A stretch of 64,000 bases of DNA from Verrucomicrobiota bacterium. Its GTDB lineage: Bacteria > Verrucomicrobiota > Verrucomicrobiia > Opitutales > Coraliomargaritaceae. The stretch lies in contig JBCBZJ010000009.1 of NCBI GenBank assembly GCA_039815375.1, forward strand, positions 1 through 64,000. Reading direction: 5' to 3'. Shown here in pieces: positions 19,343 to 28,957 of the stretch. The notes beneath the pieces were generated by a model that was not told the DNA's origin, ran no database searches, and saw only the letters and a list, made by a program, of their open reading frames with translations. Position numbers and translations under genes: made by a program. How positions within the stretch are numbered: the stretch's first letter is position 1; every line of letters starts with the position of its first letter.

Positions 19343-20578
19343 ATGAGTCCAGAATTAGTTGAATTCTTCAACATAGTCTTCCGTTTTACCCACGTCGTCG
19401 CTGCGATTATGTGGATCGGCAACTCTCTCCTCTTCACATGGATGGAGGTCAACTTCGTCAAAGACCCTAAAAAGGGTGACGGTTCGTTGGGAGAAATGAA
19501 TATGCTGCATGCCGGTGGCGTGTATTTCCTGGAGAAGCGCGTGCTCGATCCATTGGATATTCCGGCAAAGCTGCATGTTTTTAAGTGGCAGTCTTACACG
19601 ACTTGGATCAGTGGAGCGATCCTGCTGATCACCACCTTCTATACAAGGTCCGGCACACTGCTTCTTGATCCGTCCAAGACTGATATGTCAGGCGGTATGG
19701 CCACTGCGATCAGTATCGCCTCCTTGGTTGGCGCTTGGATCGTTTACGACCTGGTCTGGCACAGTCCTCTTAAGAAAATGCCACCGGCTGCGATTGCTGT
19801 TCTTACTACCGTGCTTTTCGCCTACGCATATTGGATCGATACCTTTTACAATGGACGTTTCGTTTTGCTGCAGCTCGGTGCCATGATCGGCACGACGATG
19901 AGCGCGAACGTTCGTTTTGTTATTATTCCGAATCAGAAGAAGATCATGGCGGCGCTACTTGAGGGGAAGCCCCATGATCTCGAAAAGGGCAGGCAGGCCA
20001 AGCTACGCTCCTTGACGAATCACTACGTGACCTTCCCGGTCATCTTCTTGATGCTGAGCGCTCATTTTCCATCGATTTATGGTGACCCATATTATCTACC
20101 GATCATTTTTGTGATAAGCGCCTGCCTGGTCGTCATCAAATACATGATGAATGTCTACAACAAGTTTAAGGACTGGCTCTACGTCTCGCTCGCCACCTTT
20201 ACCCTTGGCGCAGGCCTTGTTGTGATTATCAAATACATTCCGGATCCGGTGCCGGAATCTGCTGCCGGAATTCCGATTGCACCTCCTTCTGCAGAGGTAA
20301 TCGAAGGAGAGAAGTTGTTCACAGGTAAGGGTTGTATGGCTTGCCATCAGCCGGCCGCCTCAAGCATCGCTCCTACACTGTATGGTATCTACGGAACCGA
20401 GCGCCGACTGGCAGACGGTGGGACAGCTCTTGCCGATGAGACCTATCTTCGTGAGTCGATCCTTCAATCAACCGCTAAAGTGTCTTACGGATATGCCGCT
20501 TCAATGCCGGGCTACGCAGGCGCTTTTACCGATGAGGAAGTGGATCAACTCGTCGCCTACATCAAGACGCTCAAGTGA
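19343..20578 (+). CDS. puuD: Urate hydroxylase PuuD-family membrane protein with C-terminal cytochrome c
   Basis: HVVAAIMWIG, HAGG, FKWQSYTTWISG, NVRFVIIPNQ, MLSAHFP; CMACH heme motif. Confidence 0.88.
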   Translation: MSPELVEFFNIVFRFTHVVAAIMWIGNSLLFTWMEVNFVKDPKKGDGSLGEMNMLHAGGVYFLEKRVLDPLDIPAKLHVFKWQSYTTWISGAILLITTFYTRSGTLLLDPSKTDMSGGMATAISIASLVGAWIVYDLVWHSPLKKMPPAAIAVLTTVLFAYAYWIDTFYNGRFVLLQLGAMIGTTMSANVRFVIIPNQKKIMAALLEGKPHDLEKGRQAKLRSLTNHYVTFPVIFLMLSAHFPSIYGDPYYLPIIFVISACLVVIKYMMNVYNKFKDWLYVSLATFTLGAGLVVIIKYIPDPVPESAAGIPIAPPSAEVIEGEKLFTGKGCMACHQPAASSIAPTLYGIYGTERRLADGGTALADETYLRESILQSTAKVSYGYAASMPGYAGAFTDEEVDQLVAYIKTLK

Positions 20579-20623
20579 GCCGCCTGCTTGATACTGTAAA
20601 CGAACTCCCTATAAGGATTGATT

Positions 20624-21865
20624 ATGCAAGTCCCTGACCTTCTAAAACAAATTAACCCACCACCACGTCTCATGATGGGCCCTGGGCCCGTTAACGCAGA
20701 CCCGCGCGTGCAGCGTGCTATGAGTGCGGACCTGCTTGGCCAATACGACCCGGCAATGACCGACTACATGAGTGAGGTGATGGCGCTCTACCGAGAGATC
20801 TTTGTGACGAAGAACGACTGGACCTTTCTAATCGACGGCACCAGTCGCTCCGCGATTGAGGCTGCACTGGTTTCGTTGATCGAGCCTGGTGATAAGATTT
20901 TAGTCCCTGCCTTTGGTCGGTTTGGTCACCTTCTCACAGAGATTAGTCAGCGTGTCGGCGGTGATGTGGTTGCGATCCAGAAAGAGTGGGGCGAGATATT
21001 TACCGAAGAAGATATCGCGGCTGCACTTGATGAGCATAGGCCAAAAATTCTTGCTATATGTCAGGGTGATACGTCGACCACGATGAACCAACCGCTTGAT
21101 TATGTTGGACGCCTTTGTCGAGAGCGAGGTGTGATCTCCTATGTAGACGCGACTGCATCTTTGGTCGGCAATCCACTGCCGATTGACGAATACCAGATTG
21201 ATGTCTGCACGGTTGGTTTGCAAAAGTGCCTTGGTGGTCCTTCCGGTTCTGCGCCCATCACGATCAGCGATGAGGTCGCAGATAAGATCAAAGAACGTTG
21301 GCATGTCGAAAAAGGGATCGAGCCAGAAGGCTACACTCCCGCCAAGGGTTCCCGCATTCAGTCCAACTATTTCGACCTCGCCATGATCATGGCTTACTGG
21401 AGCCCACAACGTCTGAATCACCACACCGAGGCGACCAGTATGCTCTACTGCGCACGTGAGTGTGCTCGTTGTGTTTTGGAAGAAGGACTGCAAAACACTC
21501 TCGACCGTCATGTTCTAGCGAGCAAGGCCATGGTCGCTGGACTATCTGCACTGGGTCTGCGGCTTTTTGGGAATCAGGAATTTAAGATGACTAATGTTAC
21601 CGGCGTTTATATTACAGAAGAGGTGGAGGGTGAAGCGGTTCGCCGCGATATGCTACTTGATTTCGGTGTAGAGATCGGGACTTCCTTTGGTCCGCTTCAT
21701 GGCAAGATCTGGCGTATTGGTGCGATGGGCTACAACGCGCGTAAAGATGCGATCCTGCGCACCCTGTCCTCCCTCACTTCGGTGTTGAAGCTCCATGGTA
21801 TGAAGCTGCCGGAAGGAGATGCCGCGCTTGCTGCCCTCGAGGTTTACCGCAACGCAGAGGCTTAG
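20624..21865 (+). CDS. pucG: (S)-ureidoglycine-glyoxylate aminotransferase (class V PLP)
   Basis: MGPGP, GLQKCLGGP, SNYFDL, LNHHTEATSM, EIGTSFGPL; purine catabolic context. Confidence 0.9.
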   Translation: MQVPDLLKQINPPPRLMMGPGPVNADPRVQRAMSADLLGQYDPAMTDYMSEVMALYREIFVTKNDWTFLIDGTSRSAIEAALVSLIEPGDKILVPAFGRFGHLLTEISQRVGGDVVAIQKEWGEIFTEEDIAAALDEHRPKILAICQGDTSTTMNQPLDYVGRLCRERGVISYVDATASLVGNPLPIDEYQIDVCTVGLQKCLGGPSGSAPITISDEVADKIKERWHVEKGIEPEGYTPAKGSRIQSNYFDLAMIMAYWSPQRLNHHTEATSMLYCARECARCVLEEGLQNTLDRHVLASKAMVAGLSALGLRLFGNQEFKMTNVTGVYITEEVEGEAVRRDMLLDFGVEIGTSFGPLHGKIWRIGAMGYNARKDAILRTLSSLTSVLKLHGMKLPEGDAALAALEVYRNAEA

Positions 21866-21956
21866 TTTGTGATCTCTCTTAAACGAAAGCTGGCAGAGGA
21901 TAGGGGTTGCTCTACTCTCCGCTGACGCTGTTCTCTCCTCCTGACCAGGTCGAACC

Positions 21957-23318
21957 ATGCCAAACAACTCTCTTCTGATTCGCAACATCGACTTCCTTGT
22001 CACTATGGACGAGGAGAAACGGATTCTCAGAGATGCCTGGCTCTGGATTGAAGACGGCTTCATCCACTCACTTGGCGAAGGCGAGATTCCGGATGAGGTT
22101 CCGGTATCCGTGGAGCGGCTGAGTGGCGTTGGCCGGATCGTCATCCCCGGCTTAGTCAATACCCACCACCACCTTTACCAGAACATGGCACGGGCCTACA
22201 CGCCTGGTAACAATCTCCCGCTGCTTCCCTGGCTTTCCCATATGAACAAGTTGTGGAAGCCATTCCGAGAGGACGACCTTGCACTTTGCACGAAACTGGG
22301 AATTGCCGAGCTTATGTTCAGCGGGGCCACCACGATTGCCGATCACCACTACGTCTTTCCCAAAGGTTCGATCGATATGATTGATGCGCAGTTTGATGCT
22401 GCAGCTGAAATGGGGGTGCGTTTTCACGCCAGCCGTGGCTCGATGAATGTGAAGTCTGAACTGATCTCGGACTGGGCGCTACAGGATGAAGAAGTTATCC
22501 TGGAAGATACAGAAAGGCTGATTAAGAAATACCACGATGCCGGTTCAGGGAGCTGGCGTCAGATTATTGTCGCTCCCTGCGCAGCGACGTCCTGTTCGGA
22601 AAGCCTGCTCAACGCGAGTGCCATGCTCGCCAAGCAACATCAGGTCGGCCTACACACGCATTGTGGTGAAACCGTCGCAGAGAATGAGTTTTCAGTCGAA
22701 AAGTTCGGACGACGCCCGCTTGAATATCTGCTTGATTGTGGTTGGGGCTACAACCGCACGTGGTTGGCCCATGGTATCCATTTTGAGGATACAGAGCTTG
22801 ACAGCATGCAGGAAATTGGAATCGGCGTGGCCCATTGCCCCAACGCCAACATGCGCCTTGGCTCTGGCATCTGCCGCGTTCCAGAGCTAACTGAACGAGG
22901 CATCAAGGTGGGCATTGCCGTTGATGGTAGCGCATCCAACGATTCCGGGCACATACTTGGTGAATTACGACAGGCCTTGTATTTGGCACGTGTTCGATAC
23001 GGTGCCGAGGCGATGTCTGTGCTAGATGCCTTGGAGTTGGGCACATGGCGAGCGGCCGAACTCATGGGCCGGTCCGATATTGGGCGGCTGGCACCGGGCT
23101 ATTGTGGCGATTGTGCCTGCTTCCCGGTTGAGGACCTCTATGCGAACGGAGCGGAGAACCCAGTCGATGCACTGCTCATTTGCCATGCCCGTGAGGTGAG
23201 CGAGCTCGTTGTTGGTGGCATTGTCCGAGTGCGAGGTGGTTGGATTGAAGATCTCAACCTAGCCGAGCTTCAAGCCCGTCATGCTTCACGAGCCAACGTG
23301 CTTCACGAGTTTGTATAG
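21957..23318 (+). CDS. 8-oxoguanine deaminase (amidohydrolase)
   Basis: PGLVNTHHHLYQ, DHHY, RGSM, CPNANMRLGSG, VDGSASND. Confidence 0.82.
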   Translation: MPNNSLLIRNIDFLVTMDEEKRILRDAWLWIEDGFIHSLGEGEIPDEVPVSVERLSGVGRIVIPGLVNTHHHLYQNMARAYTPGNNLPLLPWLSHMNKLWKPFREDDLALCTKLGIAELMFSGATTIADHHYVFPKGSIDMIDAQFDAAAEMGVRFHASRGSMNVKSELISDWALQDEEVILEDTERLIKKYHDAGSGSWRQIIVAPCAATSCSESLLNASAMLAKQHQVGLHTHCGETVAENEFSVEKFGRRPLEYLLDCGWGYNRTWLAHGIHFEDTELDSMQEIGIGVAHCPNANMRLGSGICRVPELTERGIKVGIAVDGSASNDSGHILGELRQALYLARVRYGAEAMSVLDALELGTWRAAELMGRSDIGRLAPGYCGDCACFPVEDLYANGAENPVDALLICHAREVSELVVGGIVRVRGGWIEDLNLAELQARHASRANVLHEFV

Positions 23319-23392
23319 TCCTCGTGATGTTCTTCGGAAATCTGGTAAGCAGTTTCCTGCGGCACATGGGTCGCTCTTTCGACAGAGTTCAG

Positions 23393-24300
23393 CTAGGCTG
23401 TCTTTTCTTCTTTAGGCTTCATTTGGCTTAGTAGAAGCACCGCACTCGCGCCGATGCATAGGAGGAGAATCGCAAATAACCCTTGTCCTATGCTTTGTGG
23501 CAAGATCGCACGTTGAATGACCGGGACGATATCGCCACCACTATCAATTCGGGTTGTTACGGTTTCTTTCCATGGCCAGACTGTTCTGAGTGCTCCGGTC
23601 ATGACGCCGGTCAGAGAAATTATCGTTGTATGGCGATAGGTGCGCAGCAACCAACTAACAACCGAACCAGTGAGAGCACGCCAACGACCATACCAGCCAT
23701 AAAGTAGGCAATTGAGATGAAGTCTCGCGAATTCACTGCATCGAGGATCTGCTGGTATTTCCCGAGAATAACAAGAATATAGGAGCCGGAAATGCCAGGC
23801 AGGATCATGGCGCTTATCGCGACGCAGCCAGCCAGGAAAAGATAAATCGGACTTGCCGGGGTTTGAGTAGCAGGCAGCCCGACGAGCCAAAAGGTAAGGA
23901 TTGCAGCAAGTGCAAAGATCAAACTATCGCGTATAGCCCAAGGGCGTGTTTCGCGATAGAGCAGAAAGATAGAACCTAGGATGAGACCGAAGAAGAAAGA
24001 CCAGAGCTTTTCGGGATGTGTGTTGAAGAGCGATTCGAGTAGGTGTGAGAGGCTAAGAATCGCGGTGACAAGACCCAAGCCAAGAGGAATGAAGAAAAGG
24101 AGGGGTATTCTCTGCAGCAGTTTTCTGTAGTCCAATTTCAGTGCCAGTTGCAAACTCGTTAAGTCGAAGCTTTTGATGCCGTTGATAAGCTTATCGTATA
24201 TCCCACTTATAAACGCGATGGTTCCTCCCGAAACACCGGGAATCAAATCGGCAACACCCATACAAAAGCCGATTACAAAAACTCTGAAATAGTTGAACAT
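23393..24300 (-). pseudogene. DUF368 membrane protein (undecaprenyl-phosphate translocase family) split by a 1-nt frameshift near 23663
   Basis: GVADLIPGVSGGT and AMILPGISGS in one frame; SWLLRTY...WPWK continues in another frame. Confidence 0.8.
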
Positions 24301-24392
24301 CTTTTCAAATTTTATCGCGTGATCTCTCTTCCGCTTCAATCATAGAGATACTTTTGAGCCAACAGCTTAAATTTGCGATAAAACTCTTCCCA

Positions 24393-25001
24393 ATGGCCAA
24401 AGAGAAAGAACCGAAACGAGCAAATACAATCGCACTCTACGGCGGAGCATTTGATCCGGTCCATAATGCGCACATCACGGTCGCCCGTTCGGTTCTGGAG
24501 CAGCTGAATTTGGATCGTATTTGCTTCATACCGGCGGCTCAGTCGCCTCTCAAGGCTGGTGGACCCGCAGCCAGTGATGTAGCTCGTCTGCAGATGCTCA
24601 GGCTGGCAACGAAAGATGAGCCACGCTTTTCAGTTGACCCTTGCGAGCTGGAGCGAGGTGGCATGAGTTATACACTGGAGACGGTTCGTCATTTCAGCGA
24701 ACGCAGGCCTGATGCCAAGCTCTATTGGATCATCGGAGCAGATCAGCTAGAGCTGCTTGATCGTTGGCGCAGGATTGAGGCGCTTGCTGCGATGGTGGTG
24801 TTTTTGGTTGTCGCACGGCCAGGCTACAAATTATCTGCTCCAATGGTTCCGGGGCTTAATTGGGAACAAATCGATGCGCCGCTTATGGAAGAAAGCTCCA
24901 GTAAAGTTCGCGAGGCACTTGCTACAGGGCGGTCCCTCCGAGGAGTGGTGCCGGAGGCAGTTGAGGCTTTCATTCAATCGGAGGGACTGTATACATTATA
25001 G
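24393..25001 (+). CDS. nadD: Nicotinate-nucleotide adenylyltransferase
   Basis: GGAFDPVHNAH, SYTLET, WIIGAD, SSSKVR. Confidence 0.93.
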   Translation: MAKEKEPKRANTIALYGGAFDPVHNAHITVARSVLEQLNLDRICFIPAAQSPLKAGGPAASDVARLQMLRLATKDEPRFSVDPCELERGGMSYTLETVRHFSERRPDAKLYWIIGADQLELLDRWRRIEALAAMVVFLVVARPGYKLSAPMVPGLNWEQIDAPLMEESSSKVREALATGRSLRGVVPEAVEAFIQSEGLYTL

Positions 25002-25011
25002 GATTTTAGGC

Positions 25012-25377
25012 ATGGCAGAAACTAAGAACTCCAAAAGTGAACAAACGATTGAAGAGATGCGATGTGCCGTCACCGCAATTGAGGATAAAAAGGGTGAGGC
25101 GATCAAGGTGCTTGATGTGCGCGGCAAGTCCTCCATCACAGATTATTTGATAATTGCGACTGCAACCTCGGAGCCCCATGTCAAAGCGCTCAAAGCAGCC
25201 CTTGATAGCGCTTTGAAGGATGCGGGTGTGCAGCTTATCGGGCAGGATCGTGAAGTCGGCAGCGGCTGGCTTGTGGTGGATGCCTTCGACTTTATGGTGC
25301 ACCTCCAGACTGAGACGATGCGGGAGTATTATAGCCTCGATCAACTCTGGAAAGATGCGGTCGCTGTTGAGCTCTAG
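25012..25377 (+). CDS. rsfS: Ribosome silencing factor
   Basis: DKKGEAI, TDYLIIAT, W..VD, REYYSLDQLW; follows nadD. Confidence 0.93.
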   Translation: MAETKNSKSEQTIEEMRCAVTAIEDKKGEAIKVLDVRGKSSITDYLIIATATSEPHVKALKAALDSALKDAGVQLIGQDREVGSGWLVVDAFDFMVHLQTETMREYYSLDQLWKDAVAVEL

Positions 25378-25679
25378 TTGGCTCGACAGAGTCGTGCTTT
25401 TTCGTTGTCAGCGCATTTTCATAGAGCAATTTTAAAGCTCTACGGCTATCAAACTATCTTCCAGACTCACGTCTAATCCATGAGACATCAACTGAAAGTG
25501 CCTCAGATCGGCAGCCTCTTTTTTGCTGCTCTGATTGTAGGTGCTCTTTCCGTGGGTCGTGTGATTCCGGGGTTTTTAAAGGCCTTGCTAACAGCTCGTT
25601 ACTGTGCCGACCCGAGTAATCACGGCATCGACGTTCTGTATCCCCTAGAAGAAAATTCTAAGGAAAGTGAGGATATCTC

Positions 25680-27506
25680 TTGAGGGAGAAAAAACGTAGC
25701 CTTGCCCGGGTTATCTATCTGTATGCTGCGTGTCCGGCGATTCTGCTTGTCGTTATGATGGTAGTTTGGCTTGTAACAGAGAAGTCCACTGAATACGCGC
25801 TCGAATATGATCGATTGACCGGTCAGCTCAACACCATGGTGGGGCAGTTGGATTCTGATCCAGCTGCGCGCACCAATGAGATCGAGCTCATGCGCAGTGC
25901 CCGGATAGATGCTTTGCAGAGTGACTTTGCTCAAAGTATGACTCTGGCGGCAGCTATTCTTGTGGTCGGTATTCTCGTGCCGCTGCTGGCTTCCCGCCAT
26001 CTGATTAACTTGATCCAGAATAATCTGAATCTCTTTGACGAGCGTTTGGCCAGCACCAGTGCGGCTGGTTCTGCCTTAATGTCTCATTCTTTTGACTTTG
26101 ATGAGTTTGAGAAGGTAGCCGAGACCCTGCGATTGGCCTTACGCGAGCGCAGTGAAACCGAACAACGTTGGCGGCGCGCCGAGAAGGAATTGGTCGATGC
26201 CAATGTCGACTTAACGAATCGGGCGGATGAGCTGATTGAAGGCCGTAAGATCGCCCTCAGTATGATGGAGAATGCGGACCAGGCGCGCAAAGAGCTTGAG
26301 CTTTCGAATAAGCGCTTGAATGAAGTCCTGGAGCAGGCTCGCCAGTCAGCCCAGGAAGCGGAAGTAGCCAATCGAGCTAAGAGTGACTTTCTTGCCACGA
26401 TGAGCCATGAGATTCGAACGCCGCTAAATGGCGTGATTGGATTTATCGAAATGTTATCGGAGACAAAATTGGATACCGAACAGCTCGACTATTTGGGCAC
26501 TATTCGAACCAGTAGCGAAGCATTGATGTCCTTGATTAACGACATTCTCGACTTCTCAAAGATCGAGTCTGGCAACATGCACCTCGAAAGGCGTGAATTT
26601 GAGCTCATTTCCATAGTCAGGGAATTGCATTCTATGTTCTCCAAAAAAGCTTCCGAAAAGGGTGTTAACCTGGAAATCGATTTGGGGGATGATGTGCCGC
26701 GTAAGGTTATTGGTGACGAAACCCGCCTTCGCCAAGTGTTGACCAATCTCTTGTCGAACGCCATTAAGTTTACAAACTTTGGTGAGATCCGCCTCTCAGC
26801 CATTCTTCATTCGGAAGTCGATGCCAGCGAAATGATGGAACTCGAATTCGAAGTGCGTGATACTGGCATAGGGATTGATCGCGAGCAGTTGAGGCATCTG
26901 TTCAAGCCGTTTTCTCAAGGAGATTCGTCGACGACTCGTATGTATGGTGGCACTGGTCTGGGCCTTGCGATCTGCAAACGTCTCTGCGAGGCAATGGGCG
27001 GCAAAATCTGGGCGACCAGTCTTCCCGGTGAAGGGTCCAGTTTCTACACGAGGGTTCGGGTCGGCCAAGCCTCAGATGAAAAGACGAAATCGCCTTTCAC
27101 AAAGCCTGAGGAGCTCGTAGAACAAAGCAAAAAAGATTTAAAAGTTGTGATTGCGGAGGATAACAAAGCGAACCAGCGGGTTATTTCGCTTATGTTAAAA
27201 CGCATGGGATGGGAGGCTCAGATCGCTAAGAACGGGCAGGAATTGCTGGACATGCTGAAAGAGAATCCGGCAGATCTAATTTTCATGGATTTACAAATGC
27301 CAGTTATGGATGGGCTGGAAGCAACTGCGGCCATACGCTCAGGCGAACTCGGCGAAGTGCTCAAGAACATTAAGATCATCGCCCTGACGGCCAATGCGAT
27401 GGCCGGTGATGAAGAACGTTGCTTGGCGGCAGGGATGAATGGCTATCTTACGAAGCCGCTAAAGTTTGAAATCTTGAAGAAGGCACTGAATAAAATCTGC
27501 GGTTAA
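25680..27506 (+). CDS. Hybrid sensor histidine kinase/response regulator
   Basis: Two TM helices, [28 protein letters not shown], receiver IFMDLQMP. Confidence 0.92.
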   Translation: MREKKRSLARVIYLYAACPAILLVVMMVVWLVTEKSTEYALEYDRLTGQLNTMVGQLDSDPAARTNEIELMRSARIDALQSDFAQSMTLAAAILVVGILVPLLASRHLINLIQNNLNLFDERLASTSAAGSALMSHSFDFDEFEKVAETLRLALRERSETEQRWRRAEKELVDANVDLTNRADELIEGRKIALSMMENADQARKELELSNKRLNEVLEQARQSAQEAEVANRAKSDFLATMSHEIRTPLNGVIGFIEMLSETKLDTEQLDYLGTIRTSSEALMSLINDILDFSKIESGNMHLERREFELISIVRELHSMFSKKASEKGVNLEIDLGDDVPRKVIGDETRLRQVLTNLLSNAIKFTNFGEIRLSAILHSEVDASEMMELEFEVRDTGIGIDREQLRHLFKPFSQGDSSTTRMYGGTGLGLAICKRLCEAMGGKIWATSLPGEGSSFYTRVRVGQASDEKTKSPFTKPEELVEQSKKDLKVVIAEDNKANQRVISLMLKRMGWEAQIAKNGQELLDMLKENPADLIFMDLQMPVMDGLEATAAIRSGELGEVLKNIKIIALTANAMAGDEERCLAAGMNGYLTKPLKFEILKKALNKICG

Positions 27507-28051
27507 ACCTCTTCTTCAGTCGCTTTGGCTGCATTCTCTTCTGCCGGATTAAAAAAGCTAATTACAACATAGATTAGAACTCCGACCACAATTCCGCAGT
27601 CTGCAATGTTGAAGGAGGGATATCGTCCTGTTGGCATGATCCACGGAATGGTGAAAGGGAAATGGAAATCGAAAAAGTCAACGACGTGTCCGTGAAGAAT
27701 CCGGTCGATGAAATTTCCGAGGATTCCACCGGTCAGCAACCCGAAGGAGAGTTGCATAATCGGCCGATGCAGTTCGAGACTGTGACGTAGCAAGTAGATA
27801 ACGACGAGTGCGGCCAGAGCAAATACGGCTAACCAACCGCTGTATCCGGAGAGCATACCCCACGCTGCACCCTCATTACCGATATGAACAATGTAGAAGA
27901 AGTCTTCAATGATCTGGATAGAGTCAGGGTAGTGGTAGCTACCAAGAGGCAGATTATTGAAGACCCACGACTTCGTCACTTGATCCAGGACAAAGACGAC
28001 AATCGCTACTGCAAAGAGTAAGCGGTAGCTGATTTTATTCGTCGTCGTCAT
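27503..28051 (-). CDS. lspA: Lipoprotein signal peptidase II
   Basis: DQVTK, NEGAAWG, GNFIDR, VVDF, FNIAD. Confidence 0.93.
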   Translation of the reverse strand: MTTTNKISYRLLFAVAIVVFVLDQVTKSWVFNNLPLGSYHYPDSIQIIEDFFYIVHIGNEGAAWGMLSGYSGWLAVFALAALVVIYLLRHSLELHRPIMQLSFGLLTGGILGNFIDRILHGHVVDFFDFHFPFTIPWIMPTGRYPSFNIADCGIVVGVLIYVVISFFNPAEENAAKATEEEV

Positions 28052-28934
28052 CACTCGACGCGATCTTTGGCGCGTCGCTGGCATCTCCGAAGAGTCCGGT
28101 GTTTACTCCTCGATCGACCTTGCGGCGGACGTTTTTCTCATACTCTGCCTGGCCTTCGACTGAGTAGCGTGCGAAAGGCACTGCAGTGAGGCGAGCAGCC
28201 GGGATGGGCTTGCCAGTAACCTCACAGACACCGTAGGATCCGTCCTTGATACGCATGATTGCTTCTTCGATCTCGTTAAGAGCCTCTTGTTCGCTGGAAA
28301 CGAGGCTCAGGGCAAAGTCGCGGTCGAAGGTGTCAGTCCCGGCGTCGGCCTGATGATTCCCATAGCTAGAGAGGTCCCCAGCGTCGTCGCGTGACGAATG
28401 CTTGAGTGTATCAGAAGTATGCAGATCGATTTCATCGCTAACGTGATTGCGAAGCTCAATCAGAAGCTTGTAATACTTTTGCCACTTTTTGGGAATATCG
28501 TTATCGGACAGGTCCCTTGACTTTTTCTCCGAAGGATTAAAACCAAGAATATCTGCAAGCGAAGCAGCGCCAAGCACGCGCTTTTCAATCGGCTTTTCTT
28601 CTATAACGGTCTTTTTGACGGGTGCCGCTTTCTTAGCTGCCTTTGGCACAGCCTTTTTGATGGGCTTCTCTATGTTTGCTGCCTTCTTGCTGGCCATTAG
28701 CTCCTCGACATCATCGAGAGAAAAAACGATCGGCGTTGACTTGCGATCAGCAGCTACACCGGTCCTAGCCACCGATGCCTTCTTCGCGGTCGTGTCGGCA
28801 ACTTTCTCGGCTGAGGACTCTTTGTCTGCTGTGCCCTTCTTCTTGGCCACGGCTTTTTTCATCGGCGCTTTCTTTTTTGCCGTAGTTTTCTTGGCAGCTT
28901 TTTTTGTAACGGAAGTGGTTTTCTTCTTTGGCAT
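28035..28934 (-). CDS. dksA: DksA/TraR family protein with Lys/Ala-rich N-terminal extension
   Basis: HQADAGTDTFDRDF, EIEEAIMRI, GSYGVCEVTGKPI...RL.AVP. Confidence 0.8.
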   Translation of the reverse strand: MPKKKTTSVTKKAAKKTTAKKKAPMKKAVAKKKGTADKESSAEKVADTTAKKASVARTGVAADRKSTPIVFSLDDVEELMASKKAANIEKPIKKAVPKAAKKAAPVKKTVIEEKPIEKRVLGAASLADILGFNPSEKKSRDLSDNDIPKKWQKYYKLLIELRNHVSDEIDLHTSDTLKHSSRDDAGDLSSYGNHQADAGTDTFDRDFALSLVSSEQEALNEIEEAIMRIKDGSYGVCEVTGKPIPAARLTAVPFARYSVEGQAEYEKNVRRKVDRGVNTGLFGDASDAPKIASSDDDDE

Positions 28935-28957
28935 ATTTAAAGATGTGAGTCGGTTGT

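Noticed and set aside
25480..25683. 67-aa ORF overlapping the kinase start
   Set aside because: Operon-like overlap and a hydrophobic stretch, but no recognisable motif; cannot be supported.
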